This document shows, one piece after another, positions 6,176 to 13,222 of a stretch of DNA of 13,222 nucleotides. Both the position numbers and the translations under genes were made by a program. Source of the stretch: a virus. Lineage: Duplodnaviria > Heunggongvirae > Uroviricota > Caudoviricetes. The notes under the pieces are model-generated. The model ran no database searches. It saw nothing but the letters and a program-made list of their open reading frames with translations, and had not been told where the DNA came from. The stretch is taken from positions 1 to 13,222 of IMG/VR virus record IMGVR_UViG_2654588181_000002. One strand, written 5' to 3'. Position 1 is the first letter of the stretch. Each line of letters begins with the position of its first letter.

Positions 6176-7000
6176 ATGTCTCAGAACTTAGACGCAACCG
6201 CAATTAATCAAATCCATGCCCTTATTTCTGCTCAGGGTGTTAATGAAATTATCAGTAAGATTGGTGCCGATGCTGTGGCATTGCCTGAGAATTTCCGCAT
6301 TCATGATCTGGAAAAATTTAATTTAAATCGCTTCCGTTTCCGTGGTGCGCTTTCCACTGCCAGCATCGATGATTTTACCCGTTATTCTAAAGATCTTGCA
6401 GATGAAGGCACCCGCTGCTTTATCGATGCTGATAATATGCGTGCCGTCAGTGTGCTTAACCTAGGTACTATTGATGAACCAGGTCACGCAGATAACACCG
6501 CCACACTCAAACTGAAAAAGACAGCACCGTTCTCTGCTCTGTTGTCTGTTAACGGCGAGCGTAACTCCCAGAAGTCACTAGCAGAATGGATTGAAGACTG
6601 GGCCGACTATCTTGTGGGCTTTGATGCTAATGGTGACGCTATTCAGGCAACAAAAGCGGCTGCGGCTGTCCGTAAAATCACGATTGAAGCAAACCAGACC
6701 GCTGATTTTGAAGATAATGACTTCAGCGGCAAACGCTCCCTGATGGAGTCTGTCGAAGCGAAGACCAAAGACATTATGCCAGTGGCATTTGAATTTAAAT
6801 GCGTTCCGTTTGAAGGTCTGAAAGAACGTCCGTTTAAATTACGCCTCAGTATTATCACTGGCGATCGTCCTGTACTGGTTCTGCGCATTATTCAGCTGGA
6901 GGCGGTGCAGGAAGAAATGGCTAACGAATTTCGTGATCTGCTTGTTGAGAAATTCAAGGACAGCAAAGTAGAAACCTTTATTGGTACTTTCACCGCCTGA
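6176..7000 (+). CDS. YfdQ-like prophage protein (DUF2303-type), 274 aa
   Basis: ATG 6176 with GAGGA (6165-6169) upstream. Product [30 protein letters not shown]... recalled as YfdQ-family. Confidence 0.75.
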   Translation: MSQNLDATAINQIHALISAQGVNEIISKIGADAVALPENFRIHDLEKFNLNRFRFRGALSTASIDDFTRYSKDLADEGTRCFIDADNMRAVSVLNLGTIDEPGHADNTATLKLKKTAPFSALLSVNGERNSQKSLAEWIEDWADYLVGFDANGDAIQATKAAAAVRKITIEANQTADFEDNDFSGKRSLMESVEAKTKDIMPVAFEFKCVPFEGLKERPFKLRLSIITGDRPVLVLRIIQLEAVQEEMANEFRDLLVEKFKDSKVETFIGTFTA

Positions 7001-7012
7001 TTTCATTACTGC

Positions 7013-7034
7013 AAATGCCCCTGCGGGGGCATTT
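7013..7034 (+). other. perfect 9-bp hairpin between the yfdQ-like and yfdR-like genes
   Basis: AAATGCCCC-TGCG-GGGGCATTT (stem 7013-7021 / 7026-7034). The only T residues are inside the stem, so it is a weak terminator at best; possibly an mRNA stability or processing element. Confidence 0.35.
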
Positions 7035-7127
7035 ATGGAAACGTAATTTACTCAATAATCGCCGGATGGTGAGGGATTCTTTTTACCAGAATTCAGCGCG
7101 GTGCAGCGCATATACGTGGAGAACAAA

Positions 7128-7664
7128 ATGTCATTTATTAAAACTTTTTCCGGGAAGCATTTTTATTATGACAGGATAAATAAAGACGACATCGATATTA
7201 ACGATATCGCGGTTTCCCTTTCAAATATCTGTCGCTTTGCCGGTCATCTTTCGCACTTCTACAGCGTCGCCCAACATGCGGTTCTTTGCAGCCAGCTGGT
7301 GCCGCAGGAATTTGCTTTTGAAGCGTTAATGCATGATGCAACAGAAGCGTATTGCCAGGACATTCCCGCACCACTGAAACGCCTTCTTCCTGACTATAAA
7401 CAAATGGAAGAAAAAATAGACGCCGTAATCCGTGAGAAATACGGGTTACCCCCAGTTATGAGTACGCCCGTGAAATATGCCGATCTCATCATGCTGGCAA
7501 CCGAACGCCGCGATCTCGGGCTTGATGATGGCTCTTTCTGGCCTGTACTGGAAGGTATCCCGGCAACAGAGATGTTCAACGTGATTCCACTGGCACCGGG
7601 CCATGCCTACGGGATGTTTATGGAACGCTTTAACGAGTTATCGGAGTTACGCAAATGCGCATGA
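7128..7664 (+). CDS. HD-domain phosphohydrolase (YfdR-like)
   Basis: 178 aa. H...HD metal-binding signature (...AGHLSHFYSVAQHAV... and ...ALMHDATEAY...). ATG 7128 preceded by GGAG (7117-7120); the ORF-track GTG at 7101 is rejected. Stop overlaps the next gene's start. Confidence 0.85.
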   Translation: MSFIKTFSGKHFYYDRINKDDIDINDIAVSLSNICRFAGHLSHFYSVAQHAVLCSQLVPQEFAFEALMHDATEAYCQDIPAPLKRLLPDYKQMEEKIDAVIREKYGLPPVMSTPVKYADLIMLATERRDLGLDDGSFWPVLEGIPATEMFNVIPLAPGHAYGMFMERFNELSELRKCA

Positions 7665-8017
7665 ATGTTTTCGAAATGGAAGGGTTTCTTCGTGGGAGAT
7701 GTGTACCGCGAGATCTGAAAGTAAATGAAACAGATGCTGAATACCTGGTGCGTAAATTCGATGCGCTTGAAGCTAAATGTGCAGCACAGGAAAACAAAGT
7801 AATACCAGTGTCAACTGAACTGCCACCAGCAAATGAAAGTGTTTTGTTATTCGATGCTAACGGAGAAGGCTGGCTAATTGGCTGGCGTTCTCTCTGGTAC
7901 ACCTGGGGACAAAAAGAAACCGGAGAATGGCAGTGGACATTTCAGGTCGGGGACCTTGAAAACGTCAATATCACTCACTGGGCAGTAATGCCAAAAGCAC
8001 CGGAGGCTGGAGCATAA
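7655..8017 (+). CDS. DUF551-like phage protein (YfdS-like)
   Basis: 120 aa, Trp-rich C-terminal half (...GWLIGWRSLWYTWGQKETGEWQW...) typical of DUF551. Start overlaps the previous stop (7655-7664); the stop overlaps the next start (8017). Confidence 0.7.
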   Translation: MRMNVFEMEGFLRGRCVPRDLKVNETDAEYLVRKFDALEAKCAAQENKVIPVSTELPPANESVLLFDANGEGWLIGWRSLWYTWGQKETGEWQWTFQVGDLENVNITHWAVMPKAPEAGA

Positions 8018-8322
8018 TGACCACTTTTACCGACAAAGAACTGATTAAAGAAATTAAAGAGCGTATCAGCAGCCTTGACGTGCGAGACGATATTGAGCGC
8101 CGTGCTTATGAAATCGCACTCCTATATCTGGAAGTAGAACCAGATGAACGCGAAGCTTATGAATTATTCATGGAAAAGCGTTTCGGTGACTTAGTAGATC
8201 GTCGGAGAGCAAAAAACGGCAATAACGAATACATGGCATGGGATATGACTCTCGGTTGGATCGTCTGGCAGCAACGAGCTGGTATCCATTTTTCAACAAT
8301 GTCACAGCAAGAGGTGAAATAA
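8017..8322 (+). CDS. hypothetical phage protein (YfdT-like), 101 aa
   Basis: Translationally coupled at both ends (ATG within ATAATG at 8017; TAATG at 8320-8324). Assigned as the last gene of the yfdQRST-like cluster by position and size only. Confidence 0.55.
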   Translation: MTTFTDKELIKEIKERISSLDVRDDIERRAYEIALLYLEVEPDEREAYELFMEKRFGDLVDRRRAKNGNNEYMAWDMTLGWIVWQQRAGIHFSTMSQQEVK

Positions 8323-8672
8323 TGGAGCCATACAGCCTCACACTCGATGAGGCCTGTCATTTTCTCAAGATATCCAGACCGACTGCCATTAACTGGATAC
8401 GCACAGGGCGTCTTCAGGCAACACGCAAAGATCCCACTAAGAATAAATCTCCTTACCTCACAACACGACAAGCCTGCATTGCGGCTCTTCAGTCTCCGCT
8501 GCATACTGTCCAGGTGAGCGCGGGTGATGGCATAACAGAGGAAAGAAAATGTCACTCTTCCGCAGAGGTGAAATATGGTACGCCAGTTTCACATTGCCGA
8601 ACGGTAAAAGATTTAAACAGTCTCTTGGAACAAAGGACAAAAGGCAGGCGACAGAACTCCATGACAAGCTAA
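8322..8672 (+). CDS. AlpA/Xis-type excisionase / DNA-binding regulator
   Basis: N-terminus [38 protein letters not shown]... is the AlpA-family HTH. ATG 8322 with GAGG (8311-8314) upstream. The ORF runs 116 codons and its last 124 nt overlap the integrase start in another frame, so the true C-terminus is uncertain. Confidence 0.7.
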   Translation: MEPYSLTLDEACHFLKISRPTAINWIRTGRLQATRKDPTKNKSPYLTTRQACIAALQSPLHTVQVSAGDGITEERKCHSSAEVKYGTPVSHCRTVKDLNSLLEQRTKGRRQNSMTS

Positions 8673-9712
8673 AGGCTGAAGCATGGCGGGTCAGCAAACT
8701 TGGTGAAATACCTGATATAACGTTCGAGGAAGCGTGTGTCAGGTGGCTTGAAGAGAAAGCACATAAAAAATCACTGGACGATGACAAAAGCCGGATCGGA
8801 TTCTGGCTTCAACATTTCGCAGGAATGCAACTAAGAGACATTACTGAATCAAAAATTTATTCAGCAATGCAGAAAATGACGAACCGGCGTCATGAGGAAA
8901 ACTGGAAACTCAGGGCAGAAGCATGCAGAAAAAAAGGGAAACCTGTTCCAGAATACACGCCAAAACCAGCGTCCGTTGCAACGAAGGCTACGCATCTTTC
9001 ATTTATAAAGGCCCTACTAAGAGCCGCAGAGCGTGAATGGAAAATGCTGGATAAGGCACCAATTATTAAAGTGCCTCAACCAAAGAATAAACGGATCCGC
9101 TGGCTGGAGCCCCATGAAGCACAAAGGCTGATTGATGAATGTCCGGAGCCATTAAAGTCTGTTGTTGAATTTGCACTGGCAACAGGCTTAAGACGCTCGA
9201 ACATCATCAACCTTGAATGGCAACAAATAGATATGCAGCGCCGGGTGGCATGGATAAACCCGGAAGAGAGTAAATCAAACCGCGCAATTGGCGTTGCGCT
9301 GAATGATACTGCATGTCGCGTATTGAAAAAACAAATCGGGAATCATCACCGTTGGGTATTTGTGTACAAGGAAAGCTGTACCAAACCAGACGGAACGAAA
9401 GCGCCAACAGTAAGGAAGATGCGGTATGACGCAAACACAGCCTGGAAAGCGGCGCTGAGACGGGCTGGTATTGATGATTTCAGATTTCACGACTTGAGAC
9501 ACACCTGGGCAAGTTGGCTGGTTCAAGCCGGAGTCCCGTTGTCAGTGTTACAGGAAATGGGAGGCTGGGAGTCTATCGAAATGGTTCGTCGATATGCTCA
9601 CCTTGCACCTAATCACCTTACCGAACACGCACGGCAAATAGACTCGATCCTGAACCCATCGGTCCCAAATTTGTCCCAGTCAAAAAATAAGGAAGGTACT
9701 AATGATGTGTAA
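8549..9712 (+). CDS. tyrosine recombinase, phage integrase (e14 IntE-like)
   Basis: 387 aa. N-terminus [34 protein letters not shown] and C-terminal catalytic region ...[42 protein letters not shown] (R..H..R..Y). Stops 14 nt before the 3' end of the tRNA. Confidence 0.95.
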   Translation: MSLFRRGEIWYASFTLPNGKRFKQSLGTKDKRQATELHDKLKAEAWRVSKLGEIPDITFEEACVRWLEEKAHKKSLDDDKSRIGFWLQHFAGMQLRDITESKIYSAMQKMTNRRHEENWKLRAEACRKKGKPVPEYTPKPASVATKATHLSFIKALLRAAEREWKMLDKAPIIKVPQPKNKRIRWLEPHEAQRLIDECPEPLKSVVEFALATGLRRSNIINLEWQQIDMQRRVAWINPEESKSNRAIGVALNDTACRVLKKQIGNHHRWVFVYKESCTKPDGTKAPTVRKMRYDANTAWKAALRRAGIDDFRFHDLRHTWASWLVQAGVPLSVLQEMGGWESIEMVRRYAHLAPNHLTEHARQIDSILNPSVPNLSQSKNKEGTNDV

Positions 9713-9725
9713 CTTATTGATTTTA

Positions 9726-9801
9726 ATGGTGCCGATAATAGGAGTCGAACCTACGACCTTCGCATTACGAATGCGCTGCTCTACCAACTGAGCTATATCG
9801 G
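9726..9801 (-). tRNA. thrW: tRNA-Thr (anticodon CGU)
   Basis: Minus strand reads GCCGATATAGCTCAGTTGGTAGAGCAGCGCATTCGTAATGCGAAGGTCGTAGGTTCGACTCCTATTATCGGCACCA: 7-bp acceptor stem, anticodon loop UUCGUAA, T-loop GGTTCGA, encoded CCA. Sits between proA and the integrase, as expected for a thrW-integrated island. Confidence 0.97.
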
Positions 9802-9854
9802 CCCTGAAAGGACATGTTCACGAACGTGAATCACGGTGGACAAGGTTAAAACTA

Positions 9855-9911
9855 ACCGGGCGATGCGTCAATGGCCTTGTGAATCAAATGGCTACTTTTG
9901 CATCACCCGGT
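9855..9911. terminator. hairpin between proA and thrW; candidate proBA terminator (T-runs on both sides)
   Basis: 12-bp arms ACCGGGCGATGC (9855-9866) / GCATCACCCGGT (9900-9911), with one wobble on the minus strand, flanked by TTTTATTT on plus (9911-9918) and TAGTTTTAA on minus. The 33-nt loop is long for a simple terminator. Confidence 0.4.
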
Positions 9912-9916
9912 TTTAT

Positions 9917-11170
9917 TTACGCACGAATGGTGTAATCACCAATGCCGATCCACTTGTAAGTGGTCAGTGCTTCCAGCCCCATTGGGCCACGCGCGTGGAG
10001 TTTTTGTGTGCTTACCGCCACTTCCGCACCCAGACCAAACTGGCCGCCGTCGGTAAAACGCGTAGAGGCGTTAACGTAAACAGCGGACGAATCCACTTCG
10101 TTAACAAAACGCTGGGCGTTGCGCATATCGCGGGTCAGGATCGCATCGGAGTGTTGTGTGCCGTGTTCACGAATATGGGCGATGGCATCGTCAAGATCGC
10201 TGACGATTTTGACGTTCAAATCTAATGACAGAAACTCATCGTCATACTCTTCGGCTTTAACAGCAACCACCTTCGCAGGGCCTGCCTGCAACTGCGCCAG
10301 TGCAGCTGCATCTGCGTGTAATGTCACGCCGCTTTCCGCCATTTGTTTGCTTAATGCGGGCAGGAAGCTATCGGCGATGTTTTTATTCACCAGCAACGTT
10401 TCAACCGTATTACATGTGCTCGGACGCTGAGTTTTCGCGTTGACGATCACTTTTAATGCTTCAGCGATCTCTACACTTTCATCAACGTAAATATGGCATA
10501 CGCCTATACCACCTGTGATCACCGGGATTGTCGACTGTTCACGGCACAGTTTATGCAAACCAGCGCCACCACGCGGGATCAGCATGTCGATGTATTTATC
10601 CATACGCAGCATTTCACTGACCAGCGCACGGTCAGGATTATCAATCGCCTGCACGGCACCCGCCGGTAAGCCGCAGGATTTCAGGGCGTCCTGAATCACC
10701 GCCACCGTTGCAGCGTTAGTGCGACACGTTTCTTTGCCACCGCGCAGGATCACCGCATTACCGGTTTTCAGGCACAGCGAAGCGACATCAACCGTCACGT
10801 TCGGGCGCGCTTCATAAATCACGCCAATAACCCCCAGCGGTACGCGACGACGCTCAAGACGCAGGCCGCTGTCCAGTACGCTGCCATCGATTACCTGCCC
10901 CACCGGATCGGCGAGGTTACACACCTGGCGCACATCATCGGCAATGCCTTTCAGCCGTGCGGGCGTCAGTGCCAGACGGTCAAGCATCGCTTCGCCAAGG
11001 CCATTGGCACGCGCGTCAGCAACATCCTGGGCGTTAGCGTTGAGGATGATTTCGCTTTGTGCTTCCAGTTCATCGGCGATTTTTTCCAGCACGCGATTTT
11101 TTTCGCGGCTGGAGAGTTGCGCTAATTTATACGAGGCTTGCTTCGCGGCAATGCCCATTTGTTCCAGCAT
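9917..11170 (-). CDS. proA: gamma-glutamyl phosphate reductase
   Basis: 417-aa product [58 protein letters not shown]..., recognised as E. coli ProA. GGAG sits 7 nt upstream of the ATG, 11 nt after the proB stop. Confidence 0.98.
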   Translation of the reverse strand: MLEQMGIAAKQASYKLAQLSSREKNRVLEKIADELEAQSEIILNANAQDVADARANGLGEAMLDRLALTPARLKGIADDVRQVCNLADPVGQVIDGSVLDSGLRLERRRVPLGVIGVIYEARPNVTVDVASLCLKTGNAVILRGGKETCRTNAATVAVIQDALKSCGLPAGAVQAIDNPDRALVSEMLRMDKYIDMLIPRGGAGLHKLCREQSTIPVITGGIGVCHIYVDESVEIAEALKVIVNAKTQRPSTCNTVETLLVNKNIADSFLPALSKQMAESGVTLHADAAALAQLQAGPAKVVAVKAEEYDDEFLSLDLNVKIVSDLDDAIAHIREHGTQHSDAILTRDMRNAQRFVNEVDSSAVYVNASTRFTDGGQFGLGAEVAVSTQKLHARGPMGLEALTTYKWIGIGDYTIRA

Positions 11171-11181
11171 CAGCCTGCTCC

Positions 11182-12285
11182 TTAACGGGTAATCATGTCA
11201 TCACGGTGAACGGCAACCGGGCCGTATTCATATCCCAGTATTGCATCAATTTCTTGCGAGTGGTGCCCGGCAATACGGCGTAATGCATCGCTGTTGTAAC
11301 GACTGACGCCGTGGGCGATATCGCGACCTTCGAGGTTGCAAATGCGGATGACTTCACCACGCGAGAAATTGCCAGTCACGCTTTTAATGCCTTTCGGCAA
11401 CAGGGAGCTGCCGCGTTCAAGAATGGCGGCAGTTGCCCCTTCATCTACCGTGATTTCACCCGCCGGCGGCGCACCGAAAATCCAGCGTTTACGGTTTTCA
11501 AGCGGAGTCGCCTGGGCATGGAACAGCGTACCGACGGAAATGCCTTCCATCACATCACCAATAACGCCCGGCTTGCTGCCCGCGGCAATAATGGTGTCGA
11601 TACCCGCACGGCAAGCCACGTCAGCGGCCTGCAATTTGGTACTCATGCCGCCAGTTCCGAGGCCTGAAACGCTGTCACCGGCAATCGCGCGCAGTGCGTC
11701 ATCAATGCCGTAAACATCTTTAATCAGTTCTGCCTGCGGATTGCTGCGCGGGTCAGCGGTATACAAACCTTTTTGATCGGTCAGCAGCAACAGTTTATCG
11801 GCACCCGCCAGAATCGCCGCCAGCGCAGAAAGGTTATCGTTATCGCCGACTTTAATCTCTGCCGTAGCGACAGCATCGTTCTCATTGATTACCGGAACGA
11901 TATTGTTATCGAGCAACGCACGCAGGGTGTCGCGGGCGTTCAGGAAGCGTTCACGGTCTTCCATATCAGCACGGGTCAGCAGCATTTGCCCGACGTGAAT
12001 GCCATAAATCGAAAACAGCTGTTCCCACAGTTGAATCAGTCGACTCTGCCCTACCGCTGCCAGCAGTTGTTTCGAGGCGATAGTCGCTGGCAGTTCCGGG
12101 TAACCCAGGTGCTCACGTCCGGCGGCGATCGCGCCCGACGTCACAATAACAATCCGATGCCCGGCGGCATGTAACTGCGCGCACTGGCGAACAAGTTCAA
12201 CGATATGGGCACGGTTCAGACGGCGCGATCCGCCTGTTAGCACACTGGTGCCGAGTTTTACCACCAGCGTCTGGCTGTCACTCAT
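11182..12285 (-). CDS. proB: glutamate 5-kinase
   Basis: Product [66 protein letters not shown]..., recognised as E. coli ProB. Start set at ATG 12283-12285 (367 aa) rather than the ORF-track 12372, whose 29-codon extension is not part of ProB. Confidence 0.97.
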
Positions 12286-12473
12286 GATTCTCTGCCATTC
12301 AATTTTAGGAAAAATGATATCAAACGAACGTTTTAGCAGGACTGTCGTCGGTTGCCAACCATCTGCGAGCAAAGCATGGCGTTTTGTTGCGCGGGATCAG
12401 CAAGCCTAGCGGCAGTTGTTTACGCTTTTATTACAGATTTAATAAATTACCACATTTTAAGAATATTATTAAT

Positions 12474-12491
12474 CTGTAATATATCTTTAAC
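12474..12491 (+). promoter_or_regulatory. Pho box (PhoB binding site) of the phoE promoter
   Basis: CTGTAAT-ATAT-CTTTAAC, direct 7-bp repeats with a 4-bp spacer, about 80 bp upstream of the phoE ATG. A second Pho-box-like element in reverse orientation lies near 12431-12445 (TTACAGATTTAATAA). Confidence 0.5.
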
Positions 12492-12572
12492 AATCTCAGG
12501 TTAAAAACTTTCCTGTTTTCAACGGGGCTCTCCCGCTGAATATTCGCGCGTTAATTAAAATCAGGAATGAAA

Positions 12573-12627
12573 ATGAAAAAGAGCACTCTGGCATTAGTGG
12601 TGATGGGCATTGTGGCATCTGCATCTG
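12573..12627 (+). pseudogene. phoE: phoE 5' fragment (signal-peptide codons 1-18), interrupted by IS1
   Basis: ATG 12573 encodes MKKSTLALVVMGIVASAS, the PhoE porin signal peptide, then runs directly into the IS1 left end at 12628. Divergent from proB as in E. coli. Confidence 0.85.
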
Positions 12628-12682
12628 GGTGATGCTGCCAACTTACTGATTTAGTGTATGATGGTGTTTTTGAGGTGCTCCA

Positions 12683-12958
12683 GTGGCTTCTGTTTCTATC
12701 AGCTGTCCCTCCTGTTCAGCTACTGACGGGGTGGTGCGTAACGGCAAAAGCACCGCCGGACATCAGCGCTATCTCTGCTCTCACTGCCGTAAAACATGGC
12801 AACTGCAGTTCACTTACACCGCTTCTCAACCCGGTACGCACCAGAAAATCATTGATATGGCCATGAATGGCGTTGGATGCCGGGCAACCGCACGCATTAT
12901 GGGCGTTAGCCTCAACACGATTTTACGCCACTTAAAAAACTCAGGCCGCAGTCGGTAA
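12683..12958 (+). CDS. insA: IS1 InsA (transposition inhibitor / N-terminal part of the InsAB' transposase)
   Basis: 91-aa product [91 protein letters not shown] with a zinc-finger-like CxxC...CxxC N-terminus. Confidence 0.95.
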   Translation: MASVSISCPSCSATDGVVRNGKSTAGHQRYLCSHCRKTWQLQFTYTASQPGTHQKIIDMAMNGVGCRATARIMGVSLNTILRHLKNSGRSR

Positions 12959-13222
12959 CCTCGCGCATACAGCCGGGCAGTGACGTCATCGTCTGCGCGG
13001 AAATGGACGAACAGTGGGGATACGTCGGGGCTAAATCGCGCCAGCGCTGGCTGTTTTACGCGTATGACAGGCTCCGGAAGACGGTTGTTGCGCACGTATT
13101 CGGTGAACGCACTATGGCGACGCTGGGGCGTCTTATGAGCCTGCTGTCACCCTTTGACGTGGTGATATGGATGACGGATGGCTGGCCGCTGTATGAATCC
13201 CGCCTGAAGGGAAAGCTGCACG
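12934..13222 (+). CDS. insB: IS1 insB reading frame (partial; expressed as InsAB' by -1 frameshift at the A6C slip site)
   Basis: A6C motif TTAAAAAAC at 12932-12940. The -1 frame after it reads [96 protein letters not shown] to the window end. In this copy the insB frame has a TAG at 12907-12909, upstream of the slip site. Confidence 0.8.

Larger units (their letters stand above)
12628..13222 (+). mobile_element. IS1 insertion sequence (left end and about 595 bp; right end beyond window)
   Basis: Begins GGTGATGCTGCCAACTTACTGATTTAGTGTATGATGGTGTTTTTGAGGTGCTCCAGTGGCTTCTG..., the IS1 left terminal repeat as I recall it, followed by insA and the insB frame. Confidence 0.9.

Noticed and set aside
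7101-7127. GTG start at 7101 for the HD-domain gene
   Set aside because: The ATG at 7128 has a GGAG Shine-Dalgarno at the right spacing and gives the expected MSFIKTF... N-terminus; the GTG extension has no RBS.
6643-9526. Minus-strand ORFs antisense to the early-left and integration genes (6643-6888, 7394-7579, 7630-7902, 8157-8555, 8458-8787, 9207-9434, 9275-9526)
   Set aside because: Embedded in recognisable plus-strand genes (yfdQ/R/S-like, xis, int); no RBS and no recognisable domains.
9836-12174. Plus-strand ORFs antisense to proA/proB (9836-10225, 10119-10430, 10944-11192, 11059-11283, 11311-11667, 11336-11713, 11773-12174)
   Set aside because: They lie entirely inside the well-supported proA and proB coding regions on the opposite strand and have low-complexity, Arg/Ala/Ser-rich translations typical of antisense frames.
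12286-12372. 29-codon N-terminal extension of proB (ORF-track start at 12372)
   Set aside because: The extension ([29 protein letters not shown]) precedes the ProB N-terminus MSDSQTLVV and lies in the proB-phoE divergent promoter region.
12654-13095. ORFs 12654-12866(+) and 12826-13095(-) inside IS1
   Set aside because: Alternative-frame or antisense ORFs within the IS1 insA/insB region; IS1 is known to encode only InsA and InsAB'.
1-13222. CRISPR array or other short tandem-repeat array
   Set aside because: No regularly spaced direct repeats of 25-40 bp with unique spacers were seen anywhere. The only direct repeats noted are the two-copy element at 5295-5343.

Overview
Enterobacterial (E. 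coli-like) chromosome in reverse orientation to the usual K-12 map: phoE'-proB-proA-thrW on the right, and a defective e14-like lambdoid prophage remnant (about 327-9725) integrated beside tRNA-Thr(CGU). On the left the prophage abuts a 3'-truncated IS2 fragment (1-326); on the right an IS1 is inserted into codon 19 of phoE (12628 to window end). The prophage keeps an xis/int module, a yfdPQRST-like early-left block, an intact-looking immunity switch (CI-like, Cro-like, CII/YmfL-like, GTAC-core operators), a non-canonical replication-position operon and a tail-fibre/Tfa pair. No head, tail-shaft, terminase or lysis genes, CRISPR array, rRNA or reverse transcriptase were found. The least explained content is an AT-rich antisense gene (4845-5279) with a convergent small partner (4667-4873) and an adjacent ~400-bp GC-rich, self-complementary non-coding block (5344-5747). 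All family assignments come from reading the translations and recalling protein families, not from any database search.
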